This document shows, piece by piece, positions 8,338 through 17,500 of a stretch of 37,618 nt of DNA. The notes below the pieces were generated by a model. That model saw only the letters and a program-made list of their open reading frames with translations. It was not told the DNA's origin and did no database searches. Made by a program: the position numbers and the translations under genes. Numbering within the stretch: the stretch's first letter is position 1; each line of letters starts with the position of its first letter. Origin of the DNA: an uncultured Pirellulales bacterium (GTDB lineage: Bacteria > Planctomycetota > Phycisphaerae > Sedimentisphaerales > Anaerobacaceae); contig CAZQKO010000002.1 in the NCBI GenBank assembly GCA_964593945.1, forward strand, positions 1 through 37,618, in the 5' to 3' direction.

Positions 8338-9222
8338 TCAGGACAAGGGATACCTGTCAAGGCCGATGTCAACGGCTGTAGCAGAATGAGTCAGTGCACC
8401 GACAGCGATTCGGTCAATGCCACACTGTGCGATAGCTGAGACGTTGTTTAGCGTTATGTTGCCTGATGCTTCAAGCAGCGGCTTTTTATTTTTGCCGCTC
8501 ATTTTGTTACGCAACTCGACGGCGTGCTTAAACTGCCACTGACCCATATTGTCCAGGAGAACTATATCAATGCCCGGAATTTCCAACACGTAGTTGAGCT
8601 GGTCATCCACATGGTCAACCTCCACCGCGACAAATTTGACCCCTTTTACTTTTCTTGCTTCGCAGACGATTTTTTTCAGCTTCGGCTGAAAGTTTCTGCC
8701 CAATTGTGCGAGATGATTATCTTTAATCAAAATGCCATCGTATAGTCCCAAGCGATGATTATGACCGCCACCGCAGCGTACCGCGTACTTTTCAAGGATT
8801 CTCCAGCCAGGTAGTGTCTTTCTGGTATCGTAAATCTTTGCTTTTGTGCCCTGAATGGCCCAGACGTATTTGCGTGTGTTGGTAGCTATACCGCTAAGTC
8901 TTTGCAGGAAGTTTAGTATAACTCGTTCGGCACTTAACATGGAACACAGGGGCCCTTCTACGGTACCGATTTTTCGGCCTATGTGAGCGGATTCACCATC
9001 CTTTATGTGTATCTTTAGTTTAAGCCTTTTATCATAAATTCTGAGGGTTTCTTTTACCACAGGCATTCCGCAGACCACTATTTCCTCCCGGGAGATTATG
9101 CTTGCCTTGTCAATGGTATTATCTGTGAACAGAAGCTCGCTTGTCAGGTCACCTTTTCCGAGGTCTTCTTCAATAGCCATTTTTATCAACGGCCTTACTT
9201 GTGCAATGCTAAGTTTTATCAT
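8338..9222 (-). CDS. nadC: Nicotinate-nucleotide diphosphorylase (quinolinate phosphoribosyltransferase)
   Basis: Contains DTRKTLPGWR, EKYAVRCGGGHNHRLGLYDGILIKDNH and ASGNITLNN. It lies 20 nt upstream of birA on the same strand. Confidence 0.9.
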   Translation of the reverse strand: MIKLSIAQVRPLIKMAIEEDLGKGDLTSELLFTDNTIDKASIISREEIVVCGMPVVKETLRIYDKRLKLKIHIKDGESAHIGRKIGTVEGPLCSMLSAERVILNFLQRLSGIATNTRKYVWAIQGTKAKIYDTRKTLPGWRILEKYAVRCGGGHNHRLGLYDGILIKDNHLAQLGRNFQPKLKKIVCEARKVKGVKFVAVEVDHVDDQLNYVLEIPGIDIVLLDNMGQWQFKHAVELRNKMSGKNKKPLLEASGNITLNNVSAIAQCGIDRIAVGALTHSATAVDIGLDRYPLS

Positions 9223-9269
9223 TCTTTACCTTTTTGTTTTACTTCGCAGAGAACAAAGATACATTTTTA

Positions 9270-9422
9270 TTATTTATTCTGTGCATTTACTTTGTGTTTT
9301 TGTTTATTGCCGTATTTATCCTCTAATACATGGACAAACGCCTTTCGATTTGAGGAATACTTTTTGCCTAACTCTTCACGAACTTTGCTTTGAAATTTCA
9401 CAGCGTCAAATTTCTTCTTCAT
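9270..9422 (-). CDS. Small Lys-rich hypothetical protein (50 aa), below the ORF-track cutoff
   Basis: The reverse complement reads MKKKFDAVKFQSKVREELGKKYSSNRKAFVHVLEDKYGNKQKHKVNAQNK*. It fills the uvrB-nadC gap on the same strand. The purine-rich ggtggggaag lies 6 nt before the ATG. Confidence 0.3.
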   Translation of the reverse strand: MKKKFDAVKFQSKVREELGKKYSSNRKAFVHVLEDKYGNKQKHKVNAQNK

Positions 9423-9438
9423 AAATAACTTCCCCACC

Positions 9439-11487
9439 CTACGTTTTTCCTTTTGTTTTTCGCTGCTTCTTTGCAGCTAAGAAGTCACTTTTCTTTCTTT
9501 TTGAGCCGGTAATGATTAGCCCGGGCAATTCCCTTAGCTCACGTAGCTGGTCCCGCAAAAAAGCAGCCCGCTCAAAATCGAGGGCCTGGGCCGCCTCAAG
9601 CATTTCTCTTTCAATCTGGTTCGCCATCTCGACCTTATCGTATTCATTGTCGGCAAAGCTCACCGCCTCGCGGGCGGTATGCCTGGCTTTTATCCGCTCA
9701 GCCAGGCTTTTACGGATTTCCTTCCTTATCGTTTCAGGCGTAATATTGTGCTTCTTGTTATATTCAAACTGAATTGTACGGCGTCTGTTTGTTTCGTCAA
9801 TAGCTTTTTGCATTGATTTCGTAACCGTATCTGCATAAAGAAAAACGGTGGCGTTGATATTCCGGGCCGTCCTGCCGATAGTCTGTATCAGCGAAATCTG
9901 GCTTCGCAGGAAGCCTTCCTTGTCCGCATCGAGGATGGCAACGGCTGAAACCTCCGGCAAATCCAAACCTTCCCGCAGCAGATTTATCCCCACAAGAACG
10001 TCAAATTCGCCGTTACGAAGGTCACGAAGTATCTCGATCCTTTCGAGAGTATCAATCTCGCTGTGCAGGTACCGGCACTTGAAACCCTTCTTTGCGATGT
10101 AGCCTGAAAGATCCTCCGCCATTCGTTTGGTCAGGGTCGTCACGAGCACTCGTTCTTTGGCCTGAACACGCTTTTCTATCTCGCCTAAAAGGTGCGGTAT
10201 CTGGCTGCTCGCCGGATACACAAAGATTTTCGGGTCCAAAAGCCCTGTAGGCCGAATGATCTGCTCGACCACCTCGTGGTTACATTTTTCCATCTCGAAC
10301 GGCCCAGGCGTAGCTGATACAAAAATAACGTTCGCCCAGTTTTCCTGAAACTCTTCAAAACGCAGGGGCCTGTTATCTAATGCGCTGGGCAGCCTGAATC
10401 CGTGCTCAACCAGGACCTCTTTCCTGCTCCTGTCGCCAGCCCACATCGCCCGAAGCTGTGGGATGGTGACGTGTGATTCATCGAGAAATAAAAGAAAGTC
10501 CTTCGGGAAATAGTCGATCAACGTATAGGGTCTTGCTCCGGACGGCAGGCCCGAAAGATGTCCGGCGTAATTTTCGATACCGCTGCAATAGCCGACCTCC
10601 TGAATCATCTCAAGGTCATAGCGCGTGCGGGCTTCCAGCCGCTGGGCCTCAAGGAGCTTGCCCTGGCTCCGCAGTTCAGACAGCCGCTCTTTCAGCTCAA
10701 CCTTGATGCTCTCCACTGCGGAGGTAATTCTGTCGCCGGGCATTATGTAGTGCTCCGCTGGATAAATAAAGACCTGCTCCTCAACGGCCAATACATCGCC
10801 GGATACAGGATTTATGTAGCTTATCTGCTCAACCTCATCGCCGAAAAGCTCAATGCGAATCGCGAATGATTCATACGAAGGATACAGCTCGACCACGTCG
10901 CCGCGAACCCTGAATTTTCCTCTTTGGAAGTCGATATCGTTTCTTGTGTACTGGATGTCCGCCAATCTGCCGAGAAGAACATTTCTATCTATATTGTCAC
11001 CTGTTGTGACGGCTACGACGCTGGCTTTATAATCTTCAGGTGAGCCAAGTCCAAAAATACATGAGACGGATGCGACAATAATACAATCTCTTCTTGATGA
11101 AAGGCTGGTTGTGGTGGAGAGCCGAAGCCGGTCGAGGTCAGCGTTTTTCGAGGCGTCTTTTTCAATGTAGATATCTCGCTGCGGAATGTAGGCTTCCGGC
11201 TGATAGTAGTCGTAGTAGCTGACGAAGTATTCGACTGCATTTTCCGGGAACAGCTCCTTGAATTCCTCATAAAGCTGAGCAGCTAAGGTTTTATTGTGAG
11301 ATATGACAAGGCTCGGCTTGTCGAACCGGGCGATGACGTTAGCCATCGTGAATGTTTTTCCGCTGCCGGTAACGCCCATCAGGGTCTGGAATCTCTTGGC
11401 CGAGCGCAGACCTTCCGCAAGCCTTTCTATGGCCTGCGGCTGATCGCCTGCAGGACTAAACTCTGTGCTTAACTTAAAGATACTCAT
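9439..11487 (-). CDS. uvrB: Excinuclease ABC subunit B
   Basis: Opens with [23 protein letters not shown], a typical UvrB N-terminus. Has the Walker A motif [14 protein letters not shown], and the C-terminal UVR motif [15 protein letters not shown] chose the third Met (11487) over the track start 11514. Confidence 0.93.
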   Translation of the reverse strand: MSIFKLSTEFSPAGDQPQAIERLAEGLRSAKRFQTLMGVTGSGKTFTMANVIARFDKPSLVISHNKTLAAQLYEEFKELFPENAVEYFVSYYDYYQPEAYIPQRDIYIEKDASKNADLDRLRLSTTTSLSSRRDCIIVASVSCIFGLGSPEDYKASVVAVTTGDNIDRNVLLGRLADIQYTRNDIDFQRGKFRVRGDVVELYPSYESFAIRIELFGDEVEQISYINPVSGDVLAVEEQVFIYPAEHYIMPGDRITSAVESIKVELKERLSELRSQGKLLEAQRLEARTRYDLEMIQEVGYCSGIENYAGHLSGLPSGARPYTLIDYFPKDFLLFLDESHVTIPQLRAMWAGDRSRKEVLVEHGFRLPSALDNRPLRFEEFQENWANVIFVSATPGPFEMEKCNHEVVEQIIRPTGLLDPKIFVYPASSQIPHLLGEIEKRVQAKERVLVTTLTKRMAEDLSGYIAKKGFKCRYLHSEIDTLERIEILRDLRNGEFDVLVGINLLREGLDLPEVSAVAILDADKEGFLRSQISLIQTIGRTARNINATVFLYADTVTKSMQKAIDETNRRRTIQFEYNKKHNITPETIRKEIRKSLAERIKARHTAREAVSFADNEYDKVEMANQIEREMLEAAQALDFERAAFLRDQLRELRELPGLIITGSKRKKSDFLAAKKQRKTKGKT

Positions 11488-11834
11488 ACTGATAGAATAC
11501 CGCATCCAGAACACAGAATACAGTCCAAAGGATGCCTTACGGCAAAAAACAATGAAAAGGAATTATAAATAGTGAAAAGCTCCATTATTCGTTTACCGGC
11601 TGCGCGACTCGTTTCGTCTTAAGTAATTCGGTTTTCGTCTCAAATGCCGATTTATGTCAGACGCAACCGTGACGAGCAGCGCAAACGCAACCGTTTAACT
11701 TTTATGTATGATATTCTTTTTGCCTTCACAACAGCAGGTCGGTATAATCACCAGCAACAACTCCGCGGATTTTCAACAAGGCTAAAGAGGAAATTGTGCA
11801 TTGAATTACAGCAAATTAAACTAAGGATATAATC

Positions 11835-11859
11835 GGGCTTCGCCTTTCCGGCTACGCCC
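11835..11859. repeat. Member of the CTTCGCC-N4-CGGCTACGC hairpin family (gggcttcgcctttccggctacgccc)
   Basis: Shares CTTCGCC + 4 nt + CGGCTACGC with 3214-3247 and 3303-3336. GGGC/GCCC closes the hairpin. Confidence 0.5.
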
Positions 11860-11963
11860 TGATAATAATTATTTGCCACGGCATAGCAGGAAGTATTAGA
11901 TATTGTTATGTTATGCAAGAAACCTATACATATACATACTCTTCAGTTAAATGAGGTAAAACG

Positions 11964-12854
11964 TTGGCTGATCCAAAATTTAGAGATTATATAAATCCTG
12001 TCATTGATGCAATCAATGCTCTAGGTGGTTCCGCTAGACCCCAAGAAGTTTATAAATATATTGCTAAATCCCTTAATCTATCTGATGAAATTCTCAACGA
12101 AGAAAGAGAGAGCGGTGGTTCTCGCTATGAGAATCAAGTAGCTTGGGCAAGGTTTTATCTTGTTAGAGCAGGCTATATCGATTCTTCAAAACGCGGCGTC
12201 TGGTCACTTACAGATAAAGGCAGACAAATTAAAGAGTTTATAGAAACAGAAATTGACCAGCTAATAAAAGATGTCAAATCCCAATCTACTCCTCTTTCGA
12301 AAAATACTTACGCTGGGATAATTTCTTCCCAAGATGAAAATATCATCCTATCTGAAGAAGAAAGTAATGAGGCGTCTCCACCTCCTGAGCAGGTTAGCTA
12401 TAAAGATGACTTACTCAACATAATACTTTCCTTACCACCATCGGGATTTGAGAGGCTGTGTCAACGTTTATTAAGAGAATCTGGTTTTCAAGAAGTGATT
12501 GTTACAGGTAAATCCGGTGATGGTGGGATTGACGGAATTGGAATTCTTCAAATTAATCCTTTTGTGAGTTTCAAAGTTCTATTCCAAAGCAAACGTTATT
12601 CGGGTTCGGTCAGCGCATCGCAAGTTCGGGACTTCCGAGGTTCCATGATGGGCCGAGCTGATAAAGGAATTATCATCACAACGGGAACTTTCACAGCAGA
12701 TGCAAAAAGAGAGGCAATTCGTGATGGTGTTCCTCCCATCGAATTAGTTGACGGCGAAGTGTTAGTTAGAATGTTCGAGCAGCTTGAATTGGGATTAAAT
12801 CCGAGAACTACTTACGACATAGATTATAGTTTCTTCAACGAATTCAAAGAGTAA
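11964..12854 (+). CDS. mrr: Mrr-family type IV (modification-dependent) restriction endonuclease
   Basis: Has an N-terminal Mrr_N-like winged helix (YINPVIDAINALGGSARPQEVYKYIA). The C-terminal Mrr_cat PD-(D/E)xK core reads GKSGDGGIDGIGIL...VLFQSKRY. The TTG start is preceded by GAGG at 7 nt. Confidence 0.8.
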   Translation: MADPKFRDYINPVIDAINALGGSARPQEVYKYIAKSLNLSDEILNEERESGGSRYENQVAWARFYLVRAGYIDSSKRGVWSLTDKGRQIKEFIETEIDQLIKDVKSQSTPLSKNTYAGIISSQDENIILSEEESNEASPPPEQVSYKDDLLNIILSLPPSGFERLCQRLLRESGFQEVIVTGKSGDGGIDGIGILQINPFVSFKVLFQSKRYSGSVSASQVRDFRGSMMGRADKGIIITTGTFTADAKREAIRDGVPPIELVDGEVLVRMFEQLELGLNPRTTYDIDYSFFNEFKE

Positions 12855-12935
12855 AAGAATAACAAATCACTGGAGAGAAACAGCCTGAAAGACCGCTGGT
12901 TAGCCGGTGCGTTGATATTAGCATAATGGTAGCAT

Positions 12936-12973
12936 AAAAAAACCGTGAGATTACGGCTTTGCCTATCTCACGG
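12936..12973 (-). terminator. 9-bp hairpin with a 7-nt A/T run placed for minus-strand termination
   Basis: The sequence is aaaaaaa + ccgtgagat (12943-12951) + a 13-nt loop + atctcacgg (12965-12973). The U-run follows the hairpin only when read on the minus strand. No convincing minus-strand gene lies upstream of it. Confidence 0.4.
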
Positions 12974-12996
12974 GCTGAGTTGTGTTGTAGATTATT

Positions 12997-13674
12997 ATGT
13001 TGGCAAATGATACAATGACTTGTCCGTACATCAATACAACTTCGGTCCCCCTGAATCTTGACACCTACCGTTACCTCCACCGGGACGGGAAGCGTCTCAT
13101 CCAGTCGTGGTTTAAACGGTCATATAGGCGTCGAGAGTGTTCACCTGATAAATCATTTGAGCCCTTCATCTTTGCTTGGATATCATTCAATGGATGGGCT
13201 TCATGCGTGACCTGTAAAGACCGAGATATCGATATAGTCCGATGTGTCGCGGACTGCACTAATCTTCGTCATCGTTTTACGGATCTTCTCTCGTCGGAAT
13301 CCGATTTCGCTAGCGAAGTGAACCAGTTCGCGAAACTCTGGCCGATCTTTAAGGCTCAAGATGTTCGTAAGCATGGTTACAACAGTGCGCCTTCTAATAG
13401 TCGAGAAGAGATCATCAAGGAGTATTCGCGTCATGCTGACATCGACTTCGCTCCCGAGTGTGCTCTCTACCACATGAAGCGTGGGGAAGTGATTCCAAGA
13501 GACTGGCCACATTCCTTACACACGATCTATCGTGTCCGTTGCAACCTATTCCACGGCGAAAAGTCTCTTCACTCAGAGATGGATGCCCTAATTGTGAAGA
13601 GCGCATTTGATGTACTAATGGATTTCTTGACGAAAACTGAGATGATTGTGTCCAACCACCAACTGCATCGTTGA
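12997..13674 (+). CDS. Hypothetical protein with a C-terminal Rx4H motif (HEPN-like candidate)
   Basis: This 225-aa ORF is the longest in any frame here. HTIYRVRCNLFHGEKS (R-x4-H) is followed by a helix-like tail, DALIVKSAFDVLMDFL. The N-terminal block reads FEPFIFAWISFNGWAS. No SD is visible. Confidence 0.45.
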   Translation: MLANDTMTCPYINTTSVPLNLDTYRYLHRDGKRLIQSWFKRSYRRRECSPDKSFEPFIFAWISFNGWASCVTCKDRDIDIVRCVADCTNLRHRFTDLLSSESDFASEVNQFAKLWPIFKAQDVRKHGYNSAPSNSREEIIKEYSRHADIDFAPECALYHMKRGEVIPRDWPHSLHTIYRVRCNLFHGEKSLHSEMDALIVKSAFDVLMDFLTKTEMIVSNHQLHR

Positions 13675-13724
13675 GCCCCAACGTTATTCATTAAATTGGA
13701 CACGACCTGCCCGCCACGATTATT

Positions 13725-13752
13725 GTGAAGCGTGATGCGTGATGCGTATTGC
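13725..13752. repeat. Heptanucleotide tandem repeat (GTGAAGC GTGATGC GTGATGC GTATTGC)
   Basis: Read directly from the sequence: four 7-nt units, the middle two identical. Confidence 0.7.
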
Positions 13753-13963
13753 ATATAGCGGGTAGGAGGCAGCGTTTAGCAGGCATAGGGTGGAGCAAAC
13801 TTCGCCTTAAAAGATATCAAAGGTTATTTTCGGTGGGCTACATGAACGAGGTAGAAATATTTTTCTTTTATCACAAAATAAATTTTCTTGATTGTAAATA
13901 ATACAAAGTGCGTTTATACCCTAATTGTAACGCATTTTTAAGTGCGATCTGGAAGGTGCAATT

Positions 13964-14443
13964 ATGAATGAATTTGAATCAATCAGCCAAGAGTTATTAT
14001 CCCTAATTGAAGAATGGGAACCAAAACTATTAGCTCTTGGCAATGATGTTATTACTGAACGACGAAACAGTCAAAATCGCACCATCAAGCAAATTGTAGG
14101 ACACATGGTGGATTCCGCCTCTAATAACACGCATCGAATAATTCACTTGCAATACCAGCAAAGTCCCTTGATCTTTCCGGACTATGCGAATCTTGGTAAT
14201 AATGACAGGTGGATTGCCATTCAGAACTATCAGGAGGAAGAATGGAATAACCTGGTTCAATTATGGAAATATACTAACATGCACATTGTCCACGTAATTC
14301 AGAATATAAATACTGAAAAATTAGACAATGTTTGGATATCTGCTTTAAATCAAAAAATATCACTAAAAGCCATGGTCGTTGACTTCCCACGGCATTTCAA
14401 ACTACATCTTAGTGAAATAAATGAATTAATAAATAAAGAATAA
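13964..14443 (+). CDS. DinB/YfiT-like four-helix-bundle family protein
   Basis: Contains RTIKQIVGHMVDSASNNTHRIIHL and a C-terminal PRHFKLHLSEI, the His-containing helices typical of DinB_2-type proteins. The SD GGAAGGTG lies before the ATG. The gene is very AT-rich. Confidence 0.65.
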   Translation: MNEFESISQELLSLIEEWEPKLLALGNDVITERRNSQNRTIKQIVGHMVDSASNNTHRIIHLQYQQSPLIFPDYANLGNNDRWIAIQNYQEEEWNNLVQLWKYTNMHIVHVIQNINTEKLDNVWISALNQKISLKAMVVDFPRHFKLHLSEINELINKE

Positions 14444-14597
14444 ATGCACTTAACACGATGTTTACTCCATCCGCCATTGGCAGACTAATCAGCAAAGATC
14501 TCCTCCATAAAAAGACTGTGAAAAACGTAGTATTCTACATCGCACGATCATCAAGCAGTGGTGACGGCTTCTTCAGCAATTGCAATGCACATGATGT

Positions 14598-15389
14598 TCA
14601 TTTGGCCATTTGCGGATAGACGACGGCGGCGAGCAGAGCAGAGCCATATTTTTGCCACAAAACCTCCTGGCTGTGATAGTCGGCATTACGAGGTAATTCA
14701 AGAGTAATGGTAGGAATACGCAGGGATAGACCCGCGTAAGAGCCCAGCGAGCCGGGTTGTGCACCGAGCTTGCGTATGGTTAAATTGCAATGCTGAGCTA
14801 AGTGGTCGGCCAAATCCGAAGCGGGGCCATCATAATCAATACAAGTCAACGGCTGATGAATACTGACAATTCGATCCGGTGAGTATTGTCGGATGACCGA
14901 TGCGATAGCTCGGGCCTCTGGCTCTGAAAGCGGAACATATCCATTCTGTGCGTTGTTCTGCCGGTTGGCCGCCGCGAAATTGCGGTTTAAGTCCACACTC
15001 CTTGCATTGTAACGGCTATTGTTAGCCATACCATCCGGATTAACCAAAGGTAAAAGAACGACCTTGCGTCCGGTTAAGAGGCTCGGTTTGCTTTGCAGGT
15101 AATCTGTCAGCTTTTGAACGAGGGGCGTACCCGCAGGTTCATTGCCGTGAATAGTCGCCATAATAAGAGTCACATCCTGCCCCTGACCAAGCACAGTGCA
15201 CATAATGGGCCTACCCTGCACCGATGTGCCTATAATACGATGCTCCACGGCGACGGAGGGTAAAACAGGTGTGGTCCGCCGAGGCGGTTCAAATACTATT
15301 TGAGGCGGGGCAGGCTCAGTACAACCTGCAAAGCTCAAGAAAGCTAATAGAGCTGAAACTGTTAAAATAATATACTTTTTTCCTTTCAT
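14598..15389 (-). CDS. M14-family zinc carboxypeptidase lipoprotein (MpaA / gamma-D-Glu-DAP peptidase-like)
   Basis: Has the lipobox LSFAGC and ATIHGNEPAG (HxxE zinc ligands). Also contains LVNPDGM, VDLNRNF and VSIHQP. Confidence 0.75.
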   Translation of the reverse strand: MKGKKYIILTVSALLAFLSFAGCTEPAPPQIVFEPPRRTTPVLPSVAVEHRIIGTSVQGRPIMCTVLGQGQDVTLIMATIHGNEPAGTPLVQKLTDYLQSKPSLLTGRKVVLLPLVNPDGMANNSRYNARSVDLNRNFAAANRQNNAQNGYVPLSEPEARAIASVIRQYSPDRIVSIHQPLTCIDYDGPASDLADHLAQHCNLTIRKLGAQPGSLGSYAGLSLRIPTITLELPRNADYHSQEVLWQKYGSALLAAVVYPQMAK

Positions 15390-15530
15390 TTCACTATACC
15401 ATCGACAAATTCCACCCAGTCTCTGTAGAATTTCAACTCGGCAGTCTGCGTTTTTGGTTTTTGGATTGTCTTTAAGCTCGCTGCTGCTATAATTAGGTTT
15501 TAATTTTGCTTGTAGGTATAGTAATAAAAT

Positions 15531-15573
15531 CCCGACGAAGTCGGGTATGATCCAGTCCAGGGCTTCGCCCTGG
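15531..15573. repeat. Two adjacent short GC hairpins (cccgac-gaa-gtcggg; ccagggc-ttc-gccctgg)
   Basis: Stems are 6 bp and 7 bp. The first resembles the atcccga..tcgggat hairpin at 5502-5521. The second shares GGGCTTCGCC with 11835-11859. Confidence 0.6.
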
Positions 15574-15592
15574 CTAATTGACAGAGGAAACA

Positions 15593-17065
15593 GTGCGATT
15601 CCAGGTTTTTAAGGACGGTAAAGTTGTTGACAAATTCAGGTTTTACGGCGCCTATATTTTCGGGACCGATGGCATTAGCATTCGCCGAGCGAAGATAAGG
15701 TTTAAGAACGGCTTTATCGAGTGTGAAAGGCCAAATTTAGAAACAGCGGGGCTGGCCTTATTGTGGCCTGTTGATGGCTTTGGAAGGATGCTTTTGCCGA
15801 CAACGTGCCTTCCTGAAAGAGAGCGTCCGTACAATTTGAATCTCGAGATTGCCCGAGCTAAGCTGATGCAAATCATCATCAAAAGAGAAGACTGGTCATT
15901 TTTTGACAGCTTAGCAGATCTGGAAGATATTTCAAAACAGGCCCGGGAGCTGTTTGTTCGAGCGATTCAAAATGTTTCGGACGCAGAGGCAGCATCGCAA
16001 TTTGCGGACGAGTCACTTAAAAAGGCTATAATTATTGCTGAAAAGCTGGCCATAAAACAGGCAGAGTCATTTTTCAATACAAAGGCCAAGAACAACAGTT
16101 TCGGTCGGGGCTGTCTCGGCTGTAGCGTTGACCCGATACAGGTTAACAATTCCGATTATGTTCATAAATTATTAGAATTGTTTGGCTCTGTAACGATTCC
16201 TATTAACTGGGCGCAGATAGAGCCGGAGAAGGGTAGATTAGATTTTTCGATGGCTGACAACTGCATTAACGTGCTTGGAAGAAGGAAGCTGGTGATCGCA
16301 GCGGGGCCCTTGCTTCGTTTTTCCAAAGAGTCTCTGCCCAAATGGCTGCTCGAGAGCAATGCAGGATTTGAAAAGATTCGCGAAACCGCATACCAATTTA
16401 TTTTGAGGGTGGTAGCTCGCTATTCGGGTATCGTTCACAGGTGGATTGTATTGAGCGGATTGAATACTTTTAATTATTTTGGTTTTAGTTTCGAGCAAAT
16501 TTTAGGAATGACCCGTGCGGCTAATATGGCTGTTAGGGCTGCCAGTAACAGGGCTCTGAGGATTGTAGAAATCAGTAATCCCTGGGGTGAATATTTTGCG
16601 ATAGCACCGAATACCATTCCGCCGCTGGCGTATATGGACATGATTGTGCAAAGCGGTATAAATTTCGATGCATTCGGATTAGCCATGCGGTTAGGTAAAA
16701 ATATATCCGGTATGCACGTCAGAGACATGATGCAGATATCGGCCGTTCTGGATTATTTTGGACCTATAGGCAAACCCTTGTATGTAACCGGTGTAGAGGT
16801 GCCAAGCCAAAATGGCGACGGCTTATACAGCAGCAAAGTTGCCGGCACATGGCACCAGGAATGGGACCAATCGCAGCAGGCAGAATGGATTGAACAGTTT
16901 TATAAAATAGCACTTAGTAAGCCGTATGTTGACTCAGTAACATATTCGACACTTGCCGATACGAAGGATAGTGCCATTGCAAATAGTGGCCTGACGACCA
17001 AACTGCTTGAGCCTAAAAAATCATTTCAAGCTTTGGAAAAGCTTCGTGATGAAATTTTTAGCTGA
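15593..17065 (+). CDS. Cytoplasmic GH10-like (TIM-barrel xylanase-fold) protein with an N-terminal extra domain; catalytic residues doubtful
   Basis: Contains INWAQIEPEKGRLDF (GH10-like N.W...EP..G.F.F) and RYSGIVHRWIVLSGLN, which aligns by eye to RY.G.V..WDVVNE. Also contains LYVTGVEVPS. I chose GTG 15593, preceded by GAGGAA, over the track's TTG 15578. Confidence 0.5.
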   Translation: MRFQVFKDGKVVDKFRFYGAYIFGTDGISIRRAKIRFKNGFIECERPNLETAGLALLWPVDGFGRMLLPTTCLPERERPYNLNLEIARAKLMQIIIKREDWSFFDSLADLEDISKQARELFVRAIQNVSDAEAASQFADESLKKAIIIAEKLAIKQAESFFNTKAKNNSFGRGCLGCSVDPIQVNNSDYVHKLLELFGSVTIPINWAQIEPEKGRLDFSMADNCINVLGRRKLVIAAGPLLRFSKESLPKWLLESNAGFEKIRETAYQFILRVVARYSGIVHRWIVLSGLNTFNYFGFSFEQILGMTRAANMAVRAASNRALRIVEISNPWGEYFAIAPNTIPPLAYMDMIVQSGINFDAFGLAMRLGKNISGMHVRDMMQISAVLDYFGPIGKPLYVTGVEVPSQNGDGLYSSKVAGTWHQEWDQSQQAEWIEQFYKIALSKPYVDSVTYSTLADTKDSAIANSGLTTKLLEPKKSFQALEKLRDEIFS

Positions 17066-17080
17066 TAAACACAACAACGC

Positions 17081-17440
17081 ATGACAGAAACCAGACAAGA
17101 ACGGATTCAATCGTTTGCTTTTATTATTAGTGAGCTAATTTGTGCCGCACTGGCTGTCGGCATTGTCACTTCATGTTTTGCAGGGTATAACTCTACTATA
17201 GCTGGCCGAGAGATTGCATTAGAAGAAAAAATAAATCCGAACGATGCACCGGCAGTGAGCCTGGCAAGATTACCAAATATAGGCCGCCTGCGGGCACAGG
17301 CAATAGTTGCATATAGAGAGAATTTTGTTTTACAAGAAATCGACAGGCTTGCCTTTAGAGACTGTAACGATTTGCAAAAAGTCAAAGGTATAGGACCTAA
17401 AACCGCAAAAAATATGAGTAAATATCTCAAGTTTGAATAA
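17081..17440 (+). CDS. comEA: ComEA-family helix-hairpin-helix DNA-binding protein (membrane-anchored)
   Basis: Has an N-terminal TM helix, FAFIISELICAALAVGIV. INPNDAPAVSLARLPNIGRLRAQAIVAYRE and LQKVKGIGPKTAKNM are two HhH motifs. Confidence 0.7.
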   Translation: MTETRQERIQSFAFIISELICAALAVGIVTSCFAGYNSTIAGREIALEEKINPNDAPAVSLARLPNIGRLRAQAIVAYRENFVLQEIDRLAFRDCNDLQKVKGIGPKTAKNMSKYLKFE

Positions 17441-17500
17441 GATAAGGATAGAGATTGGAATCGAAACCGTCTTTTGTGGTGAAGTTGGGGTGAGATTAAG

